Below, in pieces: positions 29,898 through 39,800 of a DNA stretch of 64,000 bases (positions are counted from its first letter, which is position 1; every line of letters starts with the position of its first letter). The position numbers and the translations under genes are program-made. Source of the DNA: Bacteroidales bacterium (GTDB taxonomy: Bacteria > Bacteroidota > Bacteroidia > Bacteroidales > UBA932); the NCBI GenBank assembly GCA_017453565.1, contig JAFTEQ010000072.1, positions 5,720 to 69,719 of the forward strand, in the 5' to 3' direction. Under the pieces are notes generated by a model. That model was not told the DNA's origin. It saw nothing but the letters and a program-made list of their open reading frames with translations, and searched no databases.

Positions 29898-30739
29898 ATG
29901 TCGGTATCATAGGCCTGGGCCTGATTGGCGGCTCCATGGCGGTGGACCTGCGCCGCCGTCATTTCGCCCGCACCCTTCTGGGCGTGGAGGCCGAGACGGT
30001 GAACGCCGAGGCGGCCCTGCGCCTGGGTCTCGTGGACCGGGTGGTCCCGCTGGAAGAGTGCGTCCGCAGCTGCGAGCTGCTGGTCCTGGCCATCCCGGTG
30101 GGCGCCGCCATCCGACTACTGCCGACGTTGCTCGATGCGGTGGCCGGTACCCGGAAGGTGGTCATCGACGTCTGCTCGGTGAAGGACTGCATGTGCCATG
30201 CCGCGGAAGGTCATCCCGGCCGCGGGCGCTATGTGGCCACGCATCCCATGGCGGGTACCGAATACAGTGGTCCCTGGGCGGCGCAGCCGTGCCTGTTCGA
30301 CGGGCGCGCCTGCATCGTCTGCGATCCGGAGGGGGCGGATCCCGATGCGCTGGAGCTCGTGGAACGGCTCTACGACACCCTGGGCATGCGGCTCATCCGA
30401 ATGGGCGCCCGGGCCCACGACATGCACGCCGCCTACGTTTCGCACATTTCGCACATCACCTCCTTCGCCCTCGCGCTCACGGTGCTCGACAAGGAGCGTG
30501 ACGACAAGCATATCTTCGACCTGGCGTCGGGCGGTTTCTCCTCCACCGTGCGCCTCGCCAAGAGCAACGCCGACATGTGGGTGCCCATCCTGGACCGGAA
30601 CCGCGACAACGTGCTCCGGGTCATCGACACCTACCTTGAAAAAATGGGCCTCTTCCGCGACGCCATCGCTGCGGGTGACGACGACGCCATCCGCGCCCTT
30701 ATGGAAGAAGCCAACCGGATCAAAAGGATTATCCCGTAA
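29894..30739 (+). CDS. tyrA: Prephenate dehydrogenase
   Basis: GIIGLGLIGGS, THPMAGTE, AYVSHISH. Confidence 0.92.
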   Translation: MNVGIIGLGLIGGSMAVDLRRRHFARTLLGVEAETVNAEAALRLGLVDRVVPLEECVRSCELLVLAIPVGAAIRLLPTLLDAVAGTRKVVIDVCSVKDCMCHAAEGHPGRGRYVATHPMAGTEYSGPWAAQPCLFDGRACIVCDPEGADPDALELVERLYDTLGMRLIRMGARAHDMHAAYVSHISHITSFALALTVLDKERDDKHIFDLASGGFSSTVRLAKSNADMWVPILDRNRDNVLRVIDTYLEKMGLFRDAIAAGDDDAIRALMEEANRIKRIIP

Positions 30740-31839
30740 TGGACAGCAAACTCGATCTTATCCCCCTTGCTCAGTGGGGCCTCTTTGAATATCCGCGGCC
30801 TTTCCTCGTGTGCGGACCTTGCAGCGCCGAGTCGGAAGAGCAGGTCATGACCACCGCGCGCGATCTGCGCGCCATGGGGCTCAACGTGTTCCGCGCCGGC
30901 GTGTGGAAACCCCGCACCCATCCGGGTTCCTTCGAAGGAGCGGGCGTTCCGGCCCTTAAATGGATGCAGCGGGCGCGTGAGGCTTACGGGCTCAAGATCG
31001 CGACCGAGGTGGCCGGCACCAAACACGTGGAGGCCTGTCTGGAGCACGGTGTAGACCTGGTCTGGATTGGGGCGCGCACCACGGCCAATCCTTTCCTGGT
31101 GCAGGAAATCGCCGAGGCCCTGCGGGGCACCGACGTGCCCGTGCTCGTGAAAAACCCCGTCAATCCTGACATCGACCTCTGGATCGGGGCCCTGGAGCGG
31201 CTTCACCGGGAAGGGGTGCGCAAGATCGGCGTCATCCACCGCGGCTGCTCCTCCTACGAGAAACTGCGTTACCGCAATGCACCCCAGTGGGAGATAGCTA
31301 TCGAGCTGCGCAGCCGCTATCCGCAGCTGCCTTTCTTCTGCGACCCCAGCCACATGGGCGGCGACCGCAGTTTCCTCTCCGAGATTTCTCAGCAGGCCCT
31401 CGACCTGGGTCTCGACGGGCTCATGATCGAGTCGCACTGCAATCCTGCCTGCGCCCTGAGCGATGCAAAGCAGCAGATTACCCCCGCTGAACTCAAAGAC
31501 CTGGTGGAGAGTCTGATTGTGCGCGACCAGACGAGCGACGACCTCGACTACCGCCGGGCCCTCGCGCGCCTGAGGACACGCATCGACGTGATCGACGAAA
31601 GTCTGCTCTTCAACCTGGGTGCCCGTATGCGGGTGAGCCGCGAGATCGGTAAGGTGAAGAAAGAGAACAACATCTCCATCATCCAGGCTTCCCGCTGGGA
31701 CGAGGTGCTCTCGCAGGCGGCCAGGACGGCCCGTACCTACGACCTGCCGGTCGACTTCGTGGAAAAGATTTTCACCGACATACACGAGGCCTCCGTGCGG
31801 GCGCAGAACGATATCCTGTCGTCCGACGAAGACTACTGA
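30739..31839 (+). CDS. Bifunctional DAHP synthase / chorismate mutase
   Basis: GPCSAESEEQ, WKPRT, WIGARTT, CDPSH; C-terminal LRTRIDVIDE chorismate mutase domain. Confidence 0.92.
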   Translation: MDSKLDLIPLAQWGLFEYPRPFLVCGPCSAESEEQVMTTARDLRAMGLNVFRAGVWKPRTHPGSFEGAGVPALKWMQRAREAYGLKIATEVAGTKHVEACLEHGVDLVWIGARTTANPFLVQEIAEALRGTDVPVLVKNPVNPDIDLWIGALERLHREGVRKIGVIHRGCSSYEKLRYRNAPQWEIAIELRSRYPQLPFFCDPSHMGGDRSFLSEISQQALDLGLDGLMIESHCNPACALSDAKQQITPAELKDLVESLIVRDQTSDDLDYRRALARLRTRIDVIDESLLFNLGARMRVSREIGKVKKENNISIIQASRWDEVLSQAARTARTYDLPVDFVEKIFTDIHEASVRAQNDILSSDEDY

Positions 31840-31857
31840 TTCCGGAGACCGGAATCC
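31839..31857. terminator. Hairpin between convergent genes, possible bidirectional terminator
   Basis: ATTCCGG-AGA-CCGGAAT inverted repeat filling the gap; no clear U tract. Confidence 0.45.
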
Positions 31858-33375
31858 CTATTGCGCAGGCTTGTAGAGGCGCGTGCCGGCCGCAAGCCTT
31901 TCCTTCAGCTGATACTCGTAGAGCGAAGCGGGTTCGACGTGCTTTCCGTGTGAATAGAAGATGCCGTCGGGCCGCTGCAGGCCGTCTTTGTAGGTGCGGG
32001 TCGTGTTCTTGAACTCCTTTTTCCCGCTCTTCTTGCTGTCGATGGTCCCGATGCAGCCCACCGCCCAGTTCTGGGCGCTCACCCAGGGACTCTGGCAGGT
32101 GATGGTCTTCGAACGGCAGTTCCAGAAAACAAGGTTGGCGCCTGCCCAGCCGTGTCCGGAACCCCAGTTGTCGCGGTCCTGGCAGTCGAGCTGATAGTCG
32201 GTGTCGATGTTGTCGTAGAGCAGGCCGGTCGACCAGCGGTGGTGCGGTCCGAAATCGCTCCACATGGTGGTACCCTTGCAGCGCAGGAACACGTTGGGCC
32301 CGCAGACCCGGGCTCCGGTCACGCAGCCGTGGCGGTCGTTGTCGCAGCTGCAGTCGCGAACCAGGCACAGTTCCGCTCCGGTGGAAAGGTTGAAGGCATA
32401 GCGGCGGCTGCCCGTGACGATGGAAACGGGCATGTATACCCGGCAGTTCTCCACGGTGATGTTGCGGGAACCCGTGCGCAGCGAGAAGAGACTGTAGCCG
32501 AAATAGGTGGTGGACACGTTCCGGATCCAGCAGTGCTCGGCGCCCTGCACGGAAATGCCGGTCCAGGCGTGTTGCTCGTCGGTCCAGCGTCCCTGGTCGT
32601 CCTTGATGCTCTCGTCGAAGACCGAGATCAGGGCCATGTTCTCAATGCCGCATTCGCTGATGCGCGGAGTGGCGCAGGGAATGAGGAGGCCGCCGCCGTA
32701 TTGGTCGTCTATGGCCATCACCACCGGGCTGTCGAGATAGATTTTGTCGTCCACGATGTCCGTGACGATGCGCTCCCAGTAGAGGTTGTATTCCGCGACC
32801 CGCCACTGTTTGGTGGTGCCGCTGGGATGCATAGGAATCCGGTCCATATGCAGGTCGGTGATCCATTCCTGGGTGCCGGGACGGAAGATGACCACCCGTT
32901 CGCCCTTGCGGAAATTGCCGGGAGTTTCAACCCGAACCCATAGCTGTCCCACCGGGGTGTAACTGTCCGAAATGCGGCTCTTGCGCGCACTGTCGAGTTT
33001 GCGTTTGCTGTCGCGTCCGATCTTGAGGAGGGTGTACTGCTTGCGGGCGGTGGCTACCAGACGGGTCTTTTCGCCCTCGCCGCGCAGTACGATGCCGCTT
33101 CGGGGAATGACGACGGTGGTGTCGAGATTCCAGGTGCCGGCCTTCAGGAGGATGGCGCCGGGGCCCTTCATCTCGTCAATGGCCTGCTGGAGCAGGGCGC
33201 TGGCGTCGCGGCCTTTCTTGGGGGCCTTGAGCGTCTTGACCACCGGGACCGTGGGGATGGGGTCTTCGCCGTAGTGGTAACCTACGCGGCTGAAGTCGGG
33301 AATGGCGTCGCCTTTCGGCTGGCTGAGGCTGAGCAGCAGGGCCGCCGCAGACTGGAGAATAAGGGAGAGGGTCAT
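31858..33375 (-). CDS. Secreted stand-alone beta-helix putative lyase, third paralog of the IPDFSRVGY family
   Basis: Hydrophobic N-terminus without lipobox; IPDFSRVGYHYG, DEQHAW, RRYAF, GPHHRWSTGLLYDN, HGWAG, SLYEYQL. Confidence 0.75.
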   Translation of the reverse strand: MTLSLILQSAAALLLSLSQPKGDAIPDFSRVGYHYGEDPIPTVPVVKTLKAPKKGRDASALLQQAIDEMKGPGAILLKAGTWNLDTTVVIPRSGIVLRGEGEKTRLVATARKQYTLLKIGRDSKRKLDSARKSRISDSYTPVGQLWVRVETPGNFRKGERVVIFRPGTQEWITDLHMDRIPMHPSGTTKQWRVAEYNLYWERIVTDIVDDKIYLDSPVVMAIDDQYGGGLLIPCATPRISECGIENMALISVFDESIKDDQGRWTDEQHAWTGISVQGAEHCWIRNVSTTYFGYSLFSLRTGSRNITVENCRVYMPVSIVTGSRRYAFNLSTGAELCLVRDCSCDNDRHGCVTGARVCGPNVFLRCKGTTMWSDFGPHHRWSTGLLYDNIDTDYQLDCQDRDNWGSGHGWAGANLVFWNCRSKTITCQSPWVSAQNWAVGCIGTIDSKKSGKKEFKNTTRTYKDGLQRPDGIFYSHGKHVEPASLYEYQLKERLAAGTRLYKPAQ

Positions 33376-33378
33376 TGG

Positions 33379-34551
33379 TTATTGTTTTTGTTGGATTCTG
33401 TTGAGGCCCTTCAGGATGCGGTCAAGGCCGTCCTGCAGGGTGGCTTCGGGACAAGCTATGTTGATACGGATGAAACGGTCGTCGCCATATATACCGCCGC
33501 CGTTGATCCATACTTTCTCGTGTGTGATCAGTTCTTCCTCAATCTGTTTTCCGCTCAGGGACAGGGCGCTGCAGTCTATCCAGGCAAGATAGGTGGCTTC
33601 CAGCTCCGTTACCGGACACTGGGGCAGTTCCCGCTCGAAGCGGTCTTTGAGAATCTGGAAATTGTCGAAAACGCGCCGTCTCATCCCTTCAAGCCATTCG
33701 GCTCCTTCCGGAGTGTATGCCGCCTGAAGGGCAGCGACGCCCAGGGGGTTGAGGTCGCAGTGCTCCCAGTCGTTGATGACACGGTCTATGCGCTCCCGCC
33801 AGTCGGGCCGCTCACAGACCATGCAGGCCGCCTGTAGTCCGGCGATGTTGAACGATTTACTGGGCGAAACCAAGCTGATGCAATTCTGTGCGAACTCCGC
33901 TTTGATGGAGGCGAAGGGTGTGTAGGATGTGCCCGGAGCGGTAATCTCGCAATGGATTTCATCGCTGATGACGGGAATGCCGTGGCGCAGGCAGATGTCG
34001 CCGAGCCGTTCGAGTTCCTCCCTGCTCCACAAACGACCGGTGGGATTGTGGGGATTGCACAGCAGGAAGGCCTTGACTTCCGGGTCGGAGCAGGTCTGCT
34101 CGAAGGCGTCGAAGTCGATGCGGAACTTCCGCGTGGCCCGGTCCTGGACCAGCGGGGAGTCTGCCAGTATGCCGCCGGTGTTGCGGATGTTGGAGAAGAA
34201 ACAGTTGTAGGCCGGCGTGTGCATCACGACCTTGCCGCCGCGGCAGCCCAGAGCCTCGAGGGCGATGCTGGCGGCAGGCACAAGGCCTGAAATGGGGATG
34301 ATGGCCTGCGGTCCGATGGCCCAGCCGTGGCGGTCGGAGAACCAGCCGCGGACGGCGGCATAGAAGGAATCGGGAATGTGCGTGTAGCCGAAAACGCCGT
34401 GGTCGACCTTGCGTTGCAGGGCCTCGATGATGCAGGGGGCGGCGCGGAAGTCCATGTCGGCCACCCACATGGGAAGGACATCCGGACGCAGGTCCCATTT
34501 GACGGAATCACTGCCCCGGCGCGGGATGACGGTATCGAAGTCGAAGTTCAT
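33379..34551 (-). CDS. MalY/PatB family PLP-dependent cystathionine beta-lyase
   Basis: Start MNFDFD at 34551; PMWVADMDF, LCNPHNPTG, SDEIH, SPSKSFNIAGL. Confidence 0.92.
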   Translation of the reverse strand: MNFDFDTVIPRRGSDSVKWDLRPDVLPMWVADMDFRAAPCIIEALQRKVDHGVFGYTHIPDSFYAAVRGWFSDRHGWAIGPQAIIPISGLVPAASIALEALGCRGGKVVMHTPAYNCFFSNIRNTGGILADSPLVQDRATRKFRIDFDAFEQTCSDPEVKAFLLCNPHNPTGRLWSREELERLGDICLRHGIPVISDEIHCEITAPGTSYTPFASIKAEFAQNCISLVSPSKSFNIAGLQAACMVCERPDWRERIDRVINDWEHCDLNPLGVAALQAAYTPEGAEWLEGMRRRVFDNFQILKDRFERELPQCPVTELEATYLAWIDCSALSLSGKQIEEELITHEKVWINGGGIYGDDRFIRINIACPEATLQDGLDRILKGLNRIQQKQ

Positions 34552-35390
34552 CGTGTAATGATTTGACAATCTGCCGGAGCCTTGATGTTTCCGTCGAGGA
34601 TGATTTCCCCGTAGCCGTCGGCGGTGATGCGGCCGCTGCGGGGGTTCTTGACCGAAGTGACGGCGCCCCGGATATCGGCCTGCACGTCGGAATACTCGAA
34701 GGCGAGGTCGGCGTCGGGCTCGAAGCTGCAGTTCTCCAGCACCAGACCGCTGGCGTAGCAGAGGGGCTGGGTGCCGCCGATGCGGCAATTGATCAGGTGC
34801 AGGTTCTTCGAATACCAGCCCAGATACTCCCCGTTCAGGAAGGAATTGCGCACCGTCACGTTCTCGGTTTCCCAGAAGGCGTCTTTGGTCTGCAGGTCCG
34901 AGTCGCAGATTTCCACGTTCTTGCAATATTGGAACGAGTAGTTCCCGGAGAGGCGGAAGTTCCGGATGCGGATGTCGCGGCTGTGCATGAAGATGTAGTC
35001 GGCCTCCCGGGCCTCCACGTCTTCGATTTCAATGTCGGAACAGCGCCATAGGGTCTCGTGTGCGTGCGGCAGGCGGACGCGTTCCAGCCGCAGATGTTCC
35101 ATTTCGCGGAACATCTTGGGCGCTTCCACCAGGGTGTCGCTCATCACGAGTCCGCTCGAATACCAGAGTGCGGCCCGGGCGCCTTCGGTGAAGGTGCAGC
35201 GCTCAATCTTGAAGTTGCGGCATTCCCAGAAGGGGTATTTGCCTTCGAAGCGGCAGTCTGCGGCTTCGATGTCTCCGGTTTCCTTGAGGGCTGACTCACC
35301 GGCGTGGATGGTCACGTTCTCGATGCGCAGGCCCTTGCAACAGTACAGGGGTCTTTCGCCTTCAAATTCGGTATTGCTGATGGTTTTCAT
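34548..35390 (-). CDS. DUF3737 family protein
   Basis: FEGERPL, GESALKE, GKYPFW, KDAFW, GEYLGW, GTQPLCY; usual neighbour of patB. Confidence 0.85.
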   Translation of the reverse strand: MKTISNTEFEGERPLYCCKGLRIENVTIHAGESALKETGDIEAADCRFEGKYPFWECRNFKIERCTFTEGARAALWYSSGLVMSDTLVEAPKMFREMEHLRLERVRLPHAHETLWRCSDIEIEDVEAREADYIFMHSRDIRIRNFRLSGNYSFQYCKNVEICDSDLQTKDAFWETENVTVRNSFLNGEYLGWYSKNLHLINCRIGGTQPLCYASGLVLENCSFEPDADLAFEYSDVQADIRGAVTSVKNPRSGRITADGYGEIILDGNIKAPADCQIITR

Positions 35391-35418
35391 ATTCTTTACA
35401 AGATAGGTGTTTCCTGGG

Positions 35419-36792
35419 TTATATCAAAGTTTTTGCCAACCATTTGTGACCGCGCAGGCGGGCGGCGAACAGGAGGCCGCGCAGGTTGAGTTCCACGCAC
35501 ATGGCGATCCAGTATCCGGTGAGCCCGAAACGGGGTGTGAGGATGAGGGCCAGGCCGATACGCACCACCCACATGCTCAGTAGGTTGAGGGCGCTCGGAA
35601 CCAAGGTGTCGCCTGCGCCTACACAAGCTCCGTAGGCCACGATGGATACTCCGTAGAGAGTTTCGGCGAAGGCCTCGATGCGTAGGACCTGGGCTCCGAG
35701 CGCAATCACCTCGGGGTCTGTGGTGAGGAGCTCCATCAACTGGGGCGCCAGGGCGAACATGAGGGCGGCAAGCAGGGTCATCATGCCCGCGCCCATGCCG
35801 GTGGTAATGAAGGCGAAGTGGCGGGCGAGGTCTTTCCGGCGGGCACCGGCGCTCTGGCCGACCAGGGTGGTGGCCGCCTCTTCCATGCCGTAACCGGGCA
35901 TGTAGCAGAAACTCTCGGCAATGATGGCAAAGGAGTTGGCCGCAATGGCAATGGTGCCCAGCGGGGCTACGATCACGGTGCTGCACACGTAAGCGCCGCG
36001 CATGATGAGGTTCTGGAGCCACATGGGACCGCTGATGCCGAAAGCCGTGCGCAGGCACTTGCGTTCGGGGAAGAAACTGCCCCGGTCCTGCCTCAGATTC
36101 AATTCCGGAGAGCGGACGCAGAGGAAATAGAGCATGAGAACGGCGGTCACGACCTCTGCCAGACCGGTGCCAAGCGCGGCGCCTTTCACGCCCAGCCCCA
36201 AGGTAAAGATGAAGAGGTAGTTGAAGCCCACGTCGAGCAGGCACATCAACACATTGAGCAGGCTGGGGACCTTCATGTTCCCGCTTGCCTGGAGCATGGC
36301 GCCTCCGGTGAACACCAGTTGCATGACAGGCAGGAAGGCGGCGTAGATGAAGAAATAGGCGGACGCGTCGGCCACGATGTCGGACCCGCCGCCCAGCCAG
36401 CGGGGGAGGGCGTTAGCGATCCCCATCCCCAGAAGGGACAGGGCGCCGCTGAAGGCAAGCACGCAGACCAGGGCCTGGCGCAGCACCTGCCTGGCACCGG
36501 TGAAATCGTCTGCGCCGATGCGCTGGGCCACCTGGACGGAAAAACCGGAACCTGTGGCCATGCAGAATCCGCCGAAAATCCAGGTGGTGGTGGATACGAG
36601 GCCGATGGAGGCTGCCTGTGTGGCGCCGAGCCGGCCCACCATGCCGGCATCGATATACTCCATGAGGATGGTGGAGAACTGGGCCAGGATGGCCGGGAGA
36701 CTCAGAAGCAGGCACAGCCGCAGCTGCTCGCCGCCGCTCATTTCCGCTCCGCTCCGGATCTTTCCCAGAAGTATGTCTTTCGTTCCGGCCAT
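35419..36792 (-). CDS. MATE family efflux transporter
   Basis: Start MAGTK at 36792; about 12 TM segments, YIDAGMVGRLG, LGVKGAALGT, TTLVGQSAGA. Confidence 0.92.
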   Translation of the reverse strand: MAGTKDILLGKIRSGAEMSGGEQLRLCLLLSLPAILAQFSTILMEYIDAGMVGRLGATQAASIGLVSTTTWIFGGFCMATGSGFSVQVAQRIGADDFTGARQVLRQALVCVLAFSGALSLLGMGIANALPRWLGGGSDIVADASAYFFIYAAFLPVMQLVFTGGAMLQASGNMKVPSLLNVLMCLLDVGFNYLFIFTLGLGVKGAALGTGLAEVVTAVLMLYFLCVRSPELNLRQDRGSFFPERKCLRTAFGISGPMWLQNLIMRGAYVCSTVIVAPLGTIAIAANSFAIIAESFCYMPGYGMEEAATTLVGQSAGARRKDLARHFAFITTGMGAGMMTLLAALMFALAPQLMELLTTDPEVIALGAQVLRIEAFAETLYGVSIVAYGACVGAGDTLVPSALNLLSMWVVRIGLALILTPRFGLTGYWIAMCVELNLRGLLFAARLRGHKWLAKTLI

Positions 36793-36798
36793 CGCAGG

Positions 36799-36836
36799 CA
36801 AAAGTACGAATATAAATGCGAAAAATGTTATCTTTG
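36799..36836. promoter_or_regulatory. Divergent -7 boxes for MATE (-) and the lyase lipoprotein (+)
   Basis: TACTTTTG on - strand at 36799-36806; TATCTTTG on + strand at 36829-36836. Confidence 0.7.
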
Positions 36837-36858
36837 TACCAATAACCAATGATACCAC

Positions 36859-39800
36859 ATGAATACCTGGAAAAGGATAGTTGTACTGTCGGCGGGCCTG
36901 GTCCTGCTGGCCGGATGTGCTGAAAAAGAGATTGAACCGGAAAAGGAAACCACTCCGGAAGCAGAGGAAATGAGTTTTACCGTGGCGCTGCCGGGAGAAG
37001 GAGCCTTTGAGGCCGAAGCTGCGCTGAGCCTGTTTGACGCGCATGCAAACCAGCGCTTCGTTACGGAAGAAGGAGGGGCTCCGGCCCTGTTCAAGGGGAG
37101 TGCCTTCAAGGCGGACCGTTACGACGCCGTTTATCCCTACGACGCCAAGGCAAGTCTCCAGGCCGATGGCGGCATCCGGATTACCCTGCCGGTCATGCAG
37201 GAGGCGGAGCCCGGGCAGAAGCCGGCGCCCCTGTATGTGGGCAGTTCCACGGGCGGAAATCTCTCGTTGAAAGAGGCTTATTCTATCGTTAAGTTTACCA
37301 TGCAGTACGGCGGCGCCACGACGGTGACCCTGAAAAGCCGCTCTCCGGAACTGGGCCTGGGCGGCGCCGTCACCTTCACGCCCGGCGCGGAGGGGTGGAC
37401 GGTCGCTTCGGCCGTTTCGTCCTCGGTCAGCTGTAAGACTCCGTCCGGCGCTTCCTTCACGGCCGGCGAATACTATTTCCAGGCCCTTCCGGGTACCTTC
37501 CCGGAAGGCTTGTTGCTGAGTGTCAGCGGAGGCGACAAGAACGGCTCCATCCCTTACGGGGAAGAGGGCGGCATCACGCTCAAGGCAGGTGAAGTGTTCG
37601 ATCTGGGTGTGGTAGACGACGACTTCGCTCCCGAGCCCATCAGACTGGTTATCCCCTTCCATTTCAAGGAGCCCGATCTCCTGCTCGACCCCGTTGCTGT
37701 GGGCTCTGCATGGCCCTTCCAGGAGTCGAAGGGGTCCTCCTCCAACCATGCCACCGAGCATTGGCTGCACACCGTTCAGGAAGGTTATCCCTTCTATTGG
37801 TCGGGCGCAGACTACTACCTGAACAGCAAAGGCGGAATCCAGGTCAATTGCAATACGGCCAGCGACTTTTTCGAATTCCCCACCTTCGCCCACGGGCGCA
37901 TCACTTCCATCACCGCCGCTTTCGGCAACCTTCCGGCTCCGTTCGTCACCGACGAACGCGGCAACGTCCTGCAGGGCGGCGAACCCAAGTCCGGCCTGGA
38001 AAAGGGCAAGCTCTATGAATGGGAACTCAAGGACACGCAGTACGGCCAGCCGGTGCATTTCGTGCTGGGTACGAGCGGAAGCGCCCAGATCCTGCAGTTC
38101 AATGTGTATTATGAACTCACCGACGACACCATCCTGAACGGCATCTCTTCGGTCTCGCTCTCCGACGTGGGGACCGACGTGTTTGTGAACGGAACGGTGG
38201 ACGTGGAGGCGAAGGTGCAGTACAACTCGGGCGGCTCCGCGGCCGGAACCAGCTGTGCGTTCGACTATTTCGACCTGGCCGACCGGAGCTCGTCAACGCA
38301 GCTTGCCTGCAGTCCCGAATCGTTCGCCTGCCACCTCAAGGATGTGACGGGCGACGCCTATCAGTTCCGGGCCTGGGCCTGTTCGGAAAAGGGCTGGCGG
38401 GTTTATTCCGACGACCTCACCGTCTATACCACCTGCCTGAAGATCGACTTCTGGCGCGACGGAACGAGATATCAGCCCTTCTCTCCGGGTCTTAAGGCCG
38501 GTCAAGCGGCTGCCGCGGCGCTCGCCGGTACCGAGCAGACCGTGAATGTGATCGGTACCGATCTCAACGTGTCGTACTATTCCCCCAAGGACGGCACAAC
38601 CTATTATATCGATCTCAATACCACGGCAGCCTGCCGGGTATCTTCTGCCGGTACCGATATGTCTCCCATGTCGTATTTCAAGTTCCCGGCCATCAGCGGC
38701 AAGGCCGTCAGCGCCGTGGTCGTGACCCGTGGCGTGGCGTCGGGCTCGAACTTCTTCATCTGCAAGGACCCTGCCAATGCGGAATCTACCCGGGTGAGCG
38801 AGACGGTGAAGATTGGGGCGCAGGACTCGGGAATCATGAACTGCAGCCTGACTGCCGCGGGGGTGCAGTACTGCCTCGTATTTCCCGACAAGGCACTCTA
38901 CAACGTCCGCAATATCCGTGTGGTCTACGAAGGGGGCGGGGCGTCTGCCTGGAGCGACGATCCCGACGACCAGACCCTCAATCCCGACGATCCGTCGGCC
39001 GATCCCAGCGGAACGGTGAACTATTCGGGTCTTGCGGCCATGGGACATCCGCGCGTGCTCATAGACAAGGCGGGTTTTGCCGACATCCGCACCAAAGTCA
39101 CCGAAGAGGCGGGGTCCAACCGTTTCCTCACGTCTGTGGTGAGCGACATCATCAGCCGTGCGAACGGCTATGCCTCCTCGCCGGTGCGCATTACCTATAC
39201 GCTCGACGCCTCCGGCAAGCGCCTGCTCACCCAGTCCACCACGGCGATGCGGCAGCTGGTCCTGCTCGCGTTCGCCTACCAGGTGACCGGCCAGGCGAAA
39301 TACGTGTCGGCCTGCCGCAAGATCCTGAGCGACGTGTGCGCCTTCCCCGACTGGCATCCCTCGCATTTCCTCGACGTGGCCGAGATGAGCCTCGGCGTGG
39401 CCATCGCCTACGACTGGCTCTACGGCGTGCTCACCCCCGAGGAGAAGGTGGCAGTGAAGAACGCGCTCATCAATTACGCCCTCGTGGCAGGGGCCAATAA
39501 CGGCTCTCAATTCTACAATTCCGGCGGCAACTGGAACCAGGTGTGCAACGGCGGTCTGGTGGCCGCTGCCATCGCCGTGTACGAGAAAGACAAGACGCGG
39601 GCTGCCCAGACCATAGAAAAGGCCATCTCCACCAACAAGACGGCCTTGGCGGCCATCTACAGTCCCGACGGCAACTATGCCGAGGGCTACGGTTACTGGG
39701 GCTACGGCACCGGTTTCCAGGCCTATATGATGCAGATGCTCCAGACGGCGTTCGGCACCGACGCCGGGCTCTGCTCGGTGGACGGTTTCCTGGAGACGGC

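Noticed and set aside
35419-38058. Apparent N-terminal extensions in the ORF track (879-aa MATE; also extended trpS, patB, GH20, DUF4876, TSCPD and ATPase ORFs)
   Set aside because: The extensions overlap neighbouring real genes or the degenerate repeat. Family N-termini, signal peptides and promoter boxes point to the downstream ATGs used above.
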